A stretch of 64,000 bases of DNA, from positions 124,001 to 188,000 of the forward strand of contig JAPMXV010000054.1 in the NCBI GenBank assembly GCA_026936335.1. Reading direction: 5' to 3'. The notes under the pieces are model-generated. The model ran no database searches. It was not told the DNA's origin and was given only the letters and a program-made list of their open reading frames with translations. Made by a program: the position numbers and the translations under genes. This document shows positions 12,051 through 24,218 of this stretch, piece by piece. Source of the DNA: Mantamonas sphyraenae STR306. Its lineage: Eukaryota > Protista > CRuMs. Positions within the stretch are counted from its first letter, which is position 1, and each line of letters starts with the position of its first letter.

Positions 12051-12147
12051 GCTCTCCGGGTGTGCATAAATTTTGATTGACGTACAAATTCCATCTCAAG
12101 GTTGCTCGAGCATATTCTGTTGTCAATCAAAATTCTAGCTTCTATTT

Positions 12148-13021
12148 CTATCCTGTCTTTTTCTTGCGAGCCCCCTTGCCTCCCTTTCCCCCTTTCGACC
12201 CCTTGGCCAGAGCAGAACGCTGCGCACGCTGCATCTTGGCCCGCTTTCGCCGCTCGAGCTCCTTCTTGTAGCGCTCGAGCTCGTCGTCCTTCTGCTTGCG
12301 CATGGCGTCGATTTTCGCCTCCACAAACTGATCCAGGTAGGCCAGCGGGTCGTCCTCCACCTCGTCCTTGCGCTTGTCCTCCACAGGAAAGCGCTCCTCA
12401 AACACCATGCGCCACAGTTCGCTCGGCGACGAGGCATACCCCTTGTCCGGCAACTTGCCGATGGCTGCAAACGTGTCTGTGCCCGCGTGCACAAACAGGG
12501 GCTTGCTATGGTCCGTCACCTGCGCCTTGCGGTTGCTGCTGCCAGGAAACACCATGGTGCCCAGCATGCTCTTGAACCGCGCCACCAGCGACTCGTCCGT
12601 AAGGCTTGTAAACACCAACGACGCCGCATGTGCGTGTGCAAACCACCGCAGCATCCTGCACATCACCTTGCGCCTGTCTGAATCCAACTGCGCAAACGAG
12701 TCGTAGTGTGTGCCCACAATGAGCAAGGGCACAGGAAACGGCGCCACACCCTGTGCAAACACGGTGTCTGCGTCCTCATTGCCCTCGTATGCCTCCATCA
12801 GCCGTGCCTCCAGTGCCCCACGCACCTCTTCCTGTTCCTCCTCCTCCATGCTTCCCACACATGTCTCCACAGCCTTGGCCAGCCGTCCCAGCCAGAACAG
12901 CAGAGTGTCCAGCACATCTGCAGGGCTGCTCAGATCCAGCGTCAACATCAACACTGGCCAGTTCTTCAACGCACGCTTGCTCATAGCTGTCTGCAACAGT
13001 GGCGCAAGCTTTGTTCCCGAC

Positions 13022-13054
<33 letters not shown>

Positions 13055-13596
13055 TGTGAGTACCTGATTGCGTGTGTGCTCCCGCCGTCGGATCCTCGCT
13101 CCCCTTACCCAGCTCAAACACCTCCACGATAAACTTGCCCAGCGAATTCGGCTTGGCCTTGCGTGAAAATGTAAACTCCAATGCGGTTGTGGCCTTTGTT
13201 TCGCTTTGGCCTGTGGTGTGTGTGTGTGTGTGAGCGCCGCTGTTGCCTGCCAGCCGTTTCGCGCGCCAATCCCGCCCCCGCGCGCCCCCCCTTGGCCCCG
13301 GCCCCTGCGTTTTGCCTTTCCCCTCTTTTTCCAAACGCACTCTTGTCCAGGAAGCGCTGGATGAGACTACTCTTGCCACTGCTTTTGTCGCCCATGGCAA
13401 ACACAGACACCACAGTGTCGCCATTGTTGTTGCTGGCTTTCACCACCCCCTGCGGCTCGTGCTTCTCCGTCGTCTCCTCCCCCCCCTCCTCTGCCGACGA
13501 CGAGGATGACGATGAGGCTGATGCCACCACCATCCCTCCTCCTGACGACGCCAATGATGATGACGATGATGACGACAAGGTACTCCAAATGTCCAT
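12148..13596 (-). CDS. DYNC2LI1: Cytoplasmic dynein 2 light intermediate chain (IFT dynein LIC), multi-exon
   Basis: P-loop GDKSSGKSSLIQRFL, TTALEFTFSRK, VFELG.G, PFPVPLLIVGTHYD, RWFAHAHAASLVFTS, DHSKPLFVHAGTDTF, EAKIDAMRKQKDDELERYK. Confidence 0.9.
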
Positions 13597-13631
13597 CCTT
13601 TCTTTGTTTTTGGTCCACCGCCGTCCCTTCC

Positions 13632-14777
13632 TCACCACTTCTTCCCCACCTGCATCACCACCTCATCATCCTCATCATCCTCATCATCATCCTCATCCAT
13701 CCACAAACTGTCCATGTGGCTCTCCACCATCATCTTGCCAATGGCCGAGTTGCCCGGTGCTCCAATGGGAGTATACCCGTGTGCCATGTGTGCATCGTGT
13801 TCGCTATGATGCTCCACAAACACACTGCCCAACAGAATCAATCCCATGCCCACCACTTCCATCAACACATGCAACACCGTCTTGCCAGCCCACTCCCCTT
13901 GGAACATCACCGACTCCACCACTCCAATCACGGGAATCAGATCTGCACTCCAACACACACACACACACACACAGTGTCAGCCATCCGCTCAACTCCCCCC
14001 TCCCTTCCCTTCCCCCCCCCCTCTCACTCACAATGATGAATGGACAGGCGAACGGCGCCGACTGCGTTCAAGAGAAAGAAAAACAAGGGATAGGCCAAGC
14101 CGGTGGCCACCACACCAATGTACAGCAACTCCAACACGGCTGTGGAGGAGACGGAGCCCAGAAAGGCAAAGTGAGGTGCATAGCCATGCGGTGGGGACTC
14201 AAAGTCGGTCAACAAGGCTGCCACGGTCAGCAACACGGCAGCATACAACATCTGCAACAGACCCACCACCAATGGGTTCAATGTAGCCACATACGAGCGT
14301 GCGTACACGGTGGCCCCCGCATGACACGCTGCTGCCACCAGGGTCAGCCCGAAATACAACAGATCCACAAACGACGACGCCAGCGTGGTGCCACTCGACA
14401 GCAATGGTTCCAAAGTGAGACACACCATGCCACACATGCCCAGGAACAACCCCATCACACGACGTCGACTGGTGGTCTCCACCTTGCCCCGCTGGGCGAA
14501 AAACACCACCCACAGCGGTGCCGTGCTCATGAAAATGGTCACCATGCCTGCGCTGATGTGCTGTGTGGCAAAGCTTTGCAGCAGAAAGGGCAGCACGTTG
14601 TTGAACACTGCCACCAGTAGGATCTGGGTGTGTGTGTTCAGATTGCCAAAATCACGGGACAGGTGCAGTGAGCCCACGCAGCAACACGTGAGCAACCCAG
14701 CCACTGCAACCCCGAGCCAGCACCGCAGTGCCGTCAGTGTAATCTTCCGAGTCCATTCCTCAACGGTGTCAGCGATG

Positions 14778-14815
<38 letters not shown>

Positions 14816-15027
14816 TATCCATGCAGTGGGGTGTGTTCCAGCAGCACCGGGGATGAGGGGCCGAGCAGAGGGGAGCTTTTCCGTCCCTTTTTGTTCCCAC
14901 ACGACGCCACCACTGCATCATCACTCACCGGCGGAAAGTGCTTCACTGCATCATGGTTCACCACAAAGAAGGTGCCCCAGATGGTGGAAAGCAACACCAC
15001 TCCCCCGTATGAGCCCAACGCGACCAT
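13632..15027 (-). CDS. EamA/DMT-family transporter, paralog 1, multi-exon
   Basis: LSTIWGTFF, ALRCWLG, NNVLPFLLQSFA...ISAG, YIGVVATGLAYPLFFFLLNAVGA, LIPVIGV; about 10 TM segments. Confidence 0.85.
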
Positions 15028-15185
15028 TGCTTGTCAATCGCAGGACGTCTCTTCCCTGGGTTCCTTTGCATCCACCCGAGAGTTGCCCACATCCAACATT
15101 CCACCCACCATATGACTCATATGACCCCTTCCCTACTGTACAGAGGTGTTCATTGCCCTCCATCTCCTTGCCTTCTTGCCACCCA

Positions 15186-16408
15186 TCAGCATTGTCTTTT
15201 CGTCCACCTCCTCCCCCTTCCCTTCCTCCCCATCCCCCCCTCCTGCTCGCCATCCTGTCCACCATGTTCCCTGCTCTCCACAAACACACTGCCCAACAGG
15301 ATCAGCCCCATGCCCACCATCTCCAGCACCACATGCCACACCGATTTCCCTGTCCATTCCCCCTGGAACAACACCGCCTCCACCATCCCAACCACTGGGA
15401 TCAGATCTGCACACGCATCGCACCACCGCGTGTCAGCCTCACTCCCATCCCATGCCCCCAACCCCCCCCCTCACCCCCTCCTCCCTCCCACACTCACAAT
15501 GATGAATCGACAACCTCACCGCCCCCACCGAGTTCAGTAGGAAGAAAAACAGAGGATAGGCCAATCCAGTGGCCACCACACCAATGTACACAGCCTCCAA
15601 CAACCCATCCACGCTCACATCTGCGAAAAAGGCAAAGTACGGGGCAAACCCAGGTGGAGGCGAGGCAAAGTCAGTGGCCATGGCCACCACGGTCAACATC
15701 AGAGCCGCATAGAACATTTGAAGGAGACCCACAACCATGGGGTGCAGTCCATACACGTGTTTCCGTGCATACACGGTGGCACCGGCATGGCTGAGGGCAG
15801 CAACCAGCGGCAGGAGAAAGGTCGCCACATCGGCGAGGGAAGAGGCCACGGTGGCTCCTTTGGACACCAGAGGCACCATTGTCACCATCAATGTGCCCAC
15901 CAATCCCACACACAGTCCCACCATGCGTCGTCGCCCTGTCGTCTCCACACCACTGCGGGCGGCAAAGAAAAACACCCACAGTGGGGCTGTGCTCATGAAA
16001 ATGGTGGTCATTCCCGCTTCAATGTACTTGGCGGCAAACGACAGGAGCAGAAAGGGCAAGCCGTTGTTCAGAAGAGCCACCACTGCCACGTGTCTGTGTG
16101 TGGGCAGCTCCCGAAACTCGGGCCCCCAATCCCACCAGCCACGGCCCCTGGCCACCATCAACATGAGCACTGCCACACCAGAGCCCATCCAACATCTCAA
16201 CGCCGTCAATGTGATCTGGGAATCAGTCGTGTCAGCGCTCTTTGGTGGTTTGTCTCACTGGTTGTCTCACTTGGTCTCCCCTCCACGCTCAACCCACAGG
16301 TGGGAAGTTCCTGACAGCATCCCTATCCACCACAAAGAATGTCCCCCACACTGTGGATAGGAGAACCACGCCTGCAAACGACCCCAGCATCCTCAAGAGA
16401 ACCGCCAT
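15186..16408 (-). CDS. EamA/DMT-family transporter, paralog 2 (tandem duplicate), multi-exon
   Basis: Same motifs and matching intron positions as paralog 1 (STVWGTFF, NNGLPFLL, YIGVVATGLAYPLFFFLLNSVGA). Confidence 0.85.
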
Positions 16409-16464
16409 GTTCGTCTCCCCTCTCTCTCTCTCTCTGTTGAACTGGTCCACATCCCGCACAGAAT

Positions 16465-17045
16465 TTACTCTTCCCCTTCCTGCCCCTCCTCCCCTTCCTG
16501 CCCCTCTCCTCTCCTCTTTGCAATCTCCAACGCCTGTGTGGCAAGCCCTGCCGCAGTGTCCATCTCTCCGCCCATCTGCACAACCCTCTGCGCCCTGAAC
16601 CCACACACCCCCCCCCCCCACACACACACACACACATGTGTCAGCATTGTCCATCCCCATTCCCTCCCCACCCTCTTTCTCTTTCTGCCCATCCTGTTCA
16701 CCCAACAAACTCACTCTCCAGTCATTTCCGACACCAACGCGTACAACTGACCCACCATCTGCTTGCGCCGCCCTCTCTCTCTTTGTGAGTGTGTGCCCCC
16801 CCACACCCCCACCCCTTCCAACCCCTCTCCTCCCTCCCCACACCCACCAGTTCAGAAGCCCCCACACTCTCCTCCGCCTCAATAAACTTGTACGACGCCT
16901 TCTGAAGCTCGTCGATCGATCCCGCGTCCTTCATCACACTCTTGTACGCCAGCACAGTGTCTGACAAGATGCCCCGTGCCTGTATTGCCTGTTCCTTCTT
17001 CACATGCGCCGCCACTGCCTGGTTCTGTCCCCCATTCTTGCTCAT
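16465..17045 (-). CDS. Small coiled-coil protein, 3 exons, possibly BORC subunit 7-like
   Basis: Inferred splice product MSKNGG...ARGILSDTVLAYKSVMKDAGSIDELQKASYKFIEAEESVGASEL|MVGQLYALVSEMTGE|AQRVVQMGGEMD...; size and pattern resemble BORCS7 from memory only. Confidence 0.4.
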
Positions 17046-17103
17046 GGTGGTTGACTTGGCTGCTGCGCTCTCCTCTCGCTCTCACCCAATCCAAACGTCC
17101 CTC

Positions 17104-18446
17104 ATGGACAAGTTTGTCTCTCTGCAGTACCTGCATCCTGACAATGGTACCCAATGCCCCATCCTCCCTGCAAGCAGTTCCACCCACGCCCCATCGCCTA
17201 ACACCCGTTGTACGCGTACGCACTCCACCCCTTCCCTCTCTCCCAGATGGCACGCACACCGCCGGTCTCGACGATTTCTACCTTGTGGGCACCTTGACTG
17301 CTGCCATGCTCCTCATCCGCTCCATTCTCTTTGCGTTTGTCTTTGCAGTACGTACACACGTACATCCAGAAGCCGTCGGGCGCCGCACCTTTTTCCCATA
17401 TCGGCGCATGACCCTCCCGTGCTGACCCGCCCCGCTCGTCCCCTTCCAGCCCCTCTTCCGTTCCTATAAGCTCAAACCCAAGATGATCGTCAAGGGCTGT
17501 GAGGCTGCCTGGTTTGGTGTCCTCTACTCAACCATGTTCATCTGGGGCTGGTACCTTGTCCGACGCGTAAGCAAAACGCTCCGGTTCCTTTCCCGCTTGT
17601 TTGCCAAAACACTAACCCACCCCTCCCCCCCTCCCAAACCCTTCAGGATGAGTGGCTCACGTGGCCCCTCACCATCTGGAAGGACTATCCCTTTGTCAAG
17701 ATGACCCCCGAATTCAAGCTGTACTACTTGGTGGAGCTCGCATTTTACGGTGAGTCGTGCTGCAAGCGCTGTGCATCCTTGCCCCACCTCATACCAACCC
17801 ATCCCAATCGCTGACACGAGCGAGGCCATCGCACGGACCACCAAACCTGCACTCACCCACCCACCTGCTCTGGGACCCCAAACCCCCAGTGCATGCCCTG
17901 ATTGTCATCCTCATTGAGGACAAACGCAAGGACTTTGTGGAGATGTTCATCCACCACAATGCCACCCTGTACCTCATCATCGCCTCGTATCTGCTCAACT
18001 ACACTCGATATGGCGCCTTGTTTACGGTCCTCCACGACTTTTCCGACATCTTTCTGTACTGGGCCAAGGTGTTCCACTACTGCAAGAGCCCGTACAAGGA
18101 CTACTCCTTTGCCATCTTTGGCGGCTCCTTCTTTGTTTCCCGACTCATCATGTACCCTGCGGTCATCTGGTCGTACTATGCAGAGAGTCCCGTCCAGATC
18201 CCTCTTCAGGGGTGGTTTCCCGAACAGGGCAACTACGTCGATTGGCGAGTGCGCCTCTCCCTCATCCCCATGATCACTCTTTTCCTTCTCCACATCAACT
18301 GGTTCCGCATGATTGCAACCATGATCTACGAAGCGTTCACACACGGTGAGCTGGGTCAGGACGTACGTTCCGACGATGAAATCGACGAGAACGACGAGGA
18401 CAACCACACCACCAACGGCAAGAAGGACACCAAAAAGTCAAAGTGA
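17104..18446 (+). CDS. CERS/LAG1: Ceramide synthase (TLC/Lag1 domain), multi-exon
   Basis: Lag1 motif RKDFVEMFIHH...LHDFSDIFL; FFVSRL; C-terminal DVRSDDE acidic tail and KKSK. Confidence 0.93.
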
Positions 18447-18498
18447 TCGCATTGTTGAAAACACACACACACACACACATAAATCAGTACACCACAGT

Positions 18499-19173
18499 TC
18501 ATCCCACACGATTCTCCTCGGGTGTGGGGTGCAGAAAAACATCCAGGGCGACGGGAAAGCCGAGGAGGGCAGAGAGAGCAAACCCGTAGGCCAAAAGACC
18601 AGGTGGAAACCTAGTGTTGCCACGTCGCATGATGCCATGGGCAAACATGGCGGAGCCAAAGGCAGCACAAAAGTCAAGTGGCAGGCCGACTTTGTCGACG
18701 AGAAAGAGATCGGCGAGGGTGTGAGCCTGACGTCGGATGCGATCTGCCTCGACGCCGTTGCTGGCCACAGTGAAGGAGACAGTGGCAGCCATGAGGACGG
18801 TGGAGGCCACAATGGCAGCACCGCGGCGTGTGCTGGTGCGAGCCAGGCTCTGCAACTCGGGTTTCGTCTGGTCCCCCACAGCAAAGTCAGACCACGCCAG
18901 CACCTGATCGACTCGCTGACAGTAACGTGCCATGGGGGAAGACGATGCCAGTAGGGGCTTGGGTGCACGGGAAGGGGAGGCGGCCACAACCAGACCCAAC
19001 ACAGGCAGCAGGGCAAGCGAACTCCTTGCGTCCCCATTGAACGGAGACATCAACGTCTCACTGGCTGGCACAATGTGCACCCTGCGTAGACTCCACCATT
19101 GATCGCTGTCGAACCATCGCTCAGACATGGATGACATGGGGAATGTGCTGGTTCGCCCGGAGAACCACAGCAA
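18499..19173 (-). CDS. Hypothetical membrane protein (upstream exons possible)
   Basis: 224-aa ORF with several hydrophobic segments; no family recognised. Confidence 0.4.
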   Translation of the reverse strand: MLWFSGRTSTFPMSSMSERWFDSDQWWSLRRVHIVPASETLMSPFNGDARSSLALLPVLGLVVAASPSRAPKPLLASSSPMARYCQRVDQVLAWSDFAVGDQTKPELQSLARTSTRRGAAIVASTVLMAATVSFTVASNGVEADRIRRQAHTLADLFLVDKVGLPLDFCAAFGSAMFAHGIMRRGNTRFPPGLLAYGFALSALLGFPVALDVFLHPTPEENRVG

Positions 19174-19836
19174 AACCTAAACCCCTGCCCGGTCATTCAT
19201 GGTACGTTGCACGCTATCAAGTCCCACATTCCCCCTGCTTCCCTCATCCTCCCCCCCTTTCCCTCCCTTCCCCCGCCCACCTCCTCCACTCCTTCCTTTC
19301 CCCAAGCCCCCCCTTTCCCTCTCCCCTCTGCATCGCGCACGTCAAAATTCGACCTGACACCCAGGCACACACAATGCACACACGCAACAGAGTGAGCAGA
19401 CGGAAAACAACACAGGCGTGGTGGAGAACACTGGCACGGATGAAACGGAGCAGACGGTGACAGAGACGTCGTCGGGAGGCCAGGGTACGTTTTCTCAGTC
19501 GCTGGCCGTACCGTTTTGGGGTTTGCATTTCACCAGCCACGCCACTGGGCAACACCGCTCACACACGACACGGCACACACCACACAGAAGAATCCAGGTG
19601 AGTGGTATCCAACCATCGGAGCCGTGTACAACACACACATTCCGTCCGGGAGGCGTGTGACGGAACAGAGAGGGCACAAACGGAATGTGGGCGCCAGGCC
19701 TTGGGCGCCAACCCGGAACGACGGGATTCTCAACCAGCCCCCACGCATCCCTACGCTTACCCACACCCGTAACTCACACGCAAACGTGCTTGCTGCGATG
19801 ATATGACACGAACCCCCCCACCGGCCACGCCCCACC

Positions 19837-20892
19837 ATGCACAGGAAACGCAAGCTGGATGACACAGACATTGCCGAGACGGCCGAGAGCGCCGACGACC
19901 TGCTGATGGGCGCGGACCTGGAAAAGGGCACTCACCTGCACGAGGTGAACGAACTGCCCGGCAGCAGCGCAGGTGGAGACGAGTCTGGAACGGTGGTGGA
20001 TGTGAGTGCCAGCAACGGAGAGGATGGTGTTGGAATGGGTGGAGGAGAGGCAGGCGGCGTGGGAGGAGGCTACGGTGTGGGACAGATCACCCAAGCCAGT
20101 TCGTACGACCCTCAGCTGGCAGCACAGCAGGCACAGGCAGCACAGGCGCAGGGGATGCAGGCCATGCAGATGCAGGCAGCACAACAGCAGGCCATGCAGG
20201 CGTATGGGTATGCACAGCCCGGTCAGGATGCCTACGGGTATGCCCAGCAACCCATGTATGGAGGAGGAGGGTACGGTGGAGGAGGCTATGGAGGAGGCTA
20301 TGGAGGCCAACAGGGAGGCTATGGAGGAGGAGGAGGGTACGGTGGGGGACAGCCCATGAAGCGAGACAAAAAGGCGTGCTTCCGTTGCGGTGGTTTGGGA
20401 CACATTGTGGCCATGTGCACCTCACCCTACGGTGCGGCAGAGACAGACATGGACAAGTGTGAACGATGCCAGGGGCGTGGTCACGACGCAGAGCATTGTC
20501 CCTCGGGTCTTTCTCCCGACGTCTGCTTCAAGTGCGGCCAGCCTGGCCACCATGGACGCGACTGTCCCACCACCGGCGGAAGCGGTGGCTTTGGCGGTGG
20601 CGGTGGAGGCGGCGGTGGCGGCTTTGGCCAACGCACATGCTACCGTTGTGGCAAGCCGGGTCACTTTGCGCGGGAATGTCCCGAGAACACAGGCATGGGT
20701 GGAGGAGGCTACGGCGGCGGCGGTGGAGGCTATGGTGGACAGCAGGGTGGCTATGGAGGCGGTGGAGGCTACGGTGGAGGTGGAGGTTATGGCGGTGGAG
20801 GCTATGGCGGTGGAGGCGGAGGACGCGGCAACTGCTACTCGTGTGGCCAGCCGGGACACATGGCTCGTGATTGCCCCAACCGACGATACTAA
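19837..20892 (+). CDS. CNBP-like CCHC zinc-knuckle, Gly/Tyr/Gln-rich nucleic-acid-binding protein
   Basis: Five CX2CX4HX4C knuckles ([70 protein letters not shown]) separated by GGGY repeats. Confidence 0.92.
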   Translation: MHRKRKLDDTDIAETAESADDLLMGADLEKGTHLHEVNELPGSSAGGDESGTVVDVSASNGEDGVGMGGGEAGGVGGGYGVGQITQASSYDPQLAAQQAQAAQAQGMQAMQMQAAQQQAMQAYGYAQPGQDAYGYAQQPMYGGGGYGGGGYGGGYGGQQGGYGGGGGYGGGQPMKRDKKACFRCGGLGHIVAMCTSPYGAAETDMDKCERCQGRGHDAEHCPSGLSPDVCFKCGQPGHHGRDCPTTGGSGGFGGGGGGGGGGFGQRTCYRCGKPGHFARECPENTGMGGGGYGGGGGGYGGQQGGYGGGGGYGGGGGYGGGGYGGGGGGRGNCYSCGQPGHMARDCPNRRY

Positions 20893-21007
20893 GCGGAGAC
20901 ACCACACACACACACACACACACATCGGTCATTCATGATTCTTTCCAAATGAACACTATTTTGATTTATTCCCTGCCACCCGCGCACGTTCACACAACAA
21001 CAACCCA

Positions 21008-24000
21008 ATGTCTGTCGACCGACGCATCCGTGGCCGTCTTCAGGACGCTCGCGACGAGCAATCGGTGGACATTCTCAACGAGGCATACGCCCTGCTGACT
21101 GGCACCCACGACCGTGTGGTGTATGGCGAGGATGGCGTCGTGGACGAAACCCTCACCGACGAGGTGTTTGTCCTTTGTGCCGAAACGGCGCTCGAGGTGC
21201 GTTCCTGACTTGGGCCTTCGGCGCCAACCAACCATGCGTTTTCCCGCGCCCGCTTGCCACCGTCCACACACACACACACTCGGAAACGGAACACTGACAT
21301 GTCGCCTGGCCACACATGGCATCGTACCTGCCCTTGCCGTCTTTGTTGCCATGCATCATGGCCCGCTCACAGCTGGGTCAAGCCGAGCTTGCGTTGCAGG
21401 CGTGCAACGTCTACTTCCATAGTCAGCCCCCCAACAACCAATTCTACTGCCGCGCCCTGTTCTGCCGTGCCCTCATTGAACAACACGCGGCAACGGCGCT
21501 TAAAATCCCTGATTCGGTGCAGTGCATCCACAAGGGGGCCGAGTTTCTGCGCAAAGCGTTGCGCATCGCCCTGTCCGACGCCAAGTACGATTTCCTCCTG
21601 TACAACACCTCGGTGCTGTTTTGGCGTCTCGTGCGTCCCCTCCTCCAGGAACCACAGTACATGACCAGCCAATTGCCCTTGCTGTCAGACATCACACGCG
21701 CCCTGGACGACGTGTTTCCCGACTCTCTGCACGACTGGCGCATCCAGTACTCCCTTGCACTGGCACAGAGCCTCGCTGCAGATGGCAAATACGACGAATG
21801 TGCAAAACAACTCGCCAAGGCTGCATCACTGGCTGACAAGAGCACTCCCATGCGTCGTCCATCCATCATGGCCCTCCAGGTGCATCTCCTGCGTTCCCGC
21901 AGCGACCTTCTGGCCAAGGCCAAGGCAGACGCCAATCAGGACCCCGTCCTCAAACTCCTCTACGCTCTGCAACTCGTCAAGAGCGGCGTCGTATCCGACC
22001 CAAAGGCCGTGGACAAGGAGTTGCGTGACGCATACAACACCCTCGTCGCACTCGCCTCCAAGGCCAGCAAGAAGCAGCAGACCTCATCATCATCGACCAA
22101 CACATCGTCCTCCACATCCTCATCTTCATCCTCGTCATCGTCGTCGTCGTCGGCTGTGCTCACCAACGATGGCGACGACGGCGACAACCGCACACCCACC
22201 GTGTACCTGAGCACCACGTACACGCTGACACGAGAGGAACTGATGGCCCAGGTGGGCCACTTGGCCATGATGCATGGTGTGGATGACCTGGTGGACAGTT
22301 GTGTGCAGGTGATGCTCACCGCGTCCACAGTGGACCCTCAGTTGCGTGCAGAGTACCTCCAAGCTTACCTTTCTGTGCGAGCACTGGGTCCCATGGCCTC
22401 TGTGTACACCAAAGCCATGGTGGGCACCCATGTGGCCGCTGCTCAGCGCATCCAGAGGGCCCTCTTTGCCGCCATGCGTCAGGACGACCCTTCCTCCCTC
22501 ATCCAGGACGGCGCAGTCCTCCTGTGGAATCTGAGCATGCCTCTGTTGCAACCCAACCTGAGGGTGCACCTGAAGAAGCCCTTTGAGGTGGCTGCTGCCG
22601 CCCTGGAGAAAATTGATTCCCCTCTGCGCCGTCTCCGCGCGCAGTTCCACTACGAGCTGGCCAAGTGCGAAGTGGACCAGGATCTGTTGGCCAAGGCCAG
22701 CATCCATGCCAACAAAGCCATGGGCATGGACTACGTTGGATTGGCCGACGCACGTGAACGCACGGGCCTGCTGCGTCCCCTCGACCGCCACCTGGCTCCC
22801 CTCCACCACACCATCGAGCTCAAGACCAAATTGTACAAAGCGCCCGAGGGTGTCCACGAGCAAACCTTGCTTATGATCGAACAGGCCAAGGAGACAAAGG
22901 ACATCACGCTGACGTCCACCATGCTGGAACGCGCAGCATCCATCCTCACCTCCCACCAAATCCTGACCAAGGATCCCAAGGCGCTGGCCGAGCAGACCAA
23001 GGAGCGTGCGTGGATCTGGGCAGAAATGGCAAAGGCTGCGTGGCACAAAAAGATCGGCAGTGTGGCACAGGCAGCAGCCGAACCGCTGTTGGAGTTTGCA
23101 TCGGACCCCGTGCGCGATGCAGACCTGATGCGCATGCAGGCGCAGGTGTGTTTCATTGTGGCCGAGACGCACATTGCCAAGCTTCAGGAGGAGGACATCC
23201 ACCTGGGCATCCTGGACGACGAGGACGGCGTGGACGAGGACATTCGACAGACGCACTCGCTGGTGCACCAGTACTTCCTTCGCGGACGCGACTACGGCGA
23301 ACAGCTTGGCGAGAGTTGGATTGTCAACAACACGGGCATCTACCTGTGGAACTACTACCTGCCTGCGTTCAAGCAGGGGCTGTACCATCAGGCACTGGAG
23401 TGGCTGGAGAGTGTGCACGCCTCATTGCGTGCCCTGCCCGACGACGAACGCGACAACGTCCTCAGCGCACGCGTGGCCTATGCTCTGTCCAATGCCCTCG
23501 AGCAGGCCTTCCTCTTGCGCATGCAACAAAGCAATTGGAGCAAGCAACACGGCGACGAAACAATGCCCCATCCGTTCTTCCTCCTGCAGAACGTACGTCT
23601 CATGCAAGCCAACTATGCCCAACAGCAGCAACAACAGCAGGAGCAAGGTGCCAGCGGCAGCAGCACCAAGGGAAAGAAGAAGAAACAGGCAGAGTCAGAG
23701 TCGGCGGAGGCCGAGGAGCAGCAGCAGAAGCAGAAGGGACAGCCGACGGGCGACACATCGAACCAGCAGCAGATGCAGATGCAAATGCCCACAGACGACA
23801 AAGCGGAAGAGTTGCAGCGTGCAGAGGCTGTGTGTGAAGAGCTGATTGGCTCTGCAGACCCGCGGGTGACCAAAGATCTGGTGTTGCAACTTGCACACAT
23901 CCAACGGCTGCGCAAGCAGACAAAGGCGTCGAGCAAGAGTAGCTCGCCCTACGTGCAGTGTGTCCTGGCTCTGGACACAGCCACGAGTCCATCCTTGTCG

Positions 24001-24187
24001 GTGTCTCGTAGCACACGCCAGGACGAGTGTCGCCGTGCGTTTGCTCTCATGCAGGAGTGGGTGGCACAGGAGAGCAAGAAGGGCAACGAGCTGAGCCCCG
24101 AGCTTTGGGCTCGCATTGCACGCGTGGCTGTGCAACTTGGCATGATCCAACTGTGCATCCAGGCAGCCCAGGAGGCCATTGCCATGC

Positions 24188-24218
<31 letters not shown>

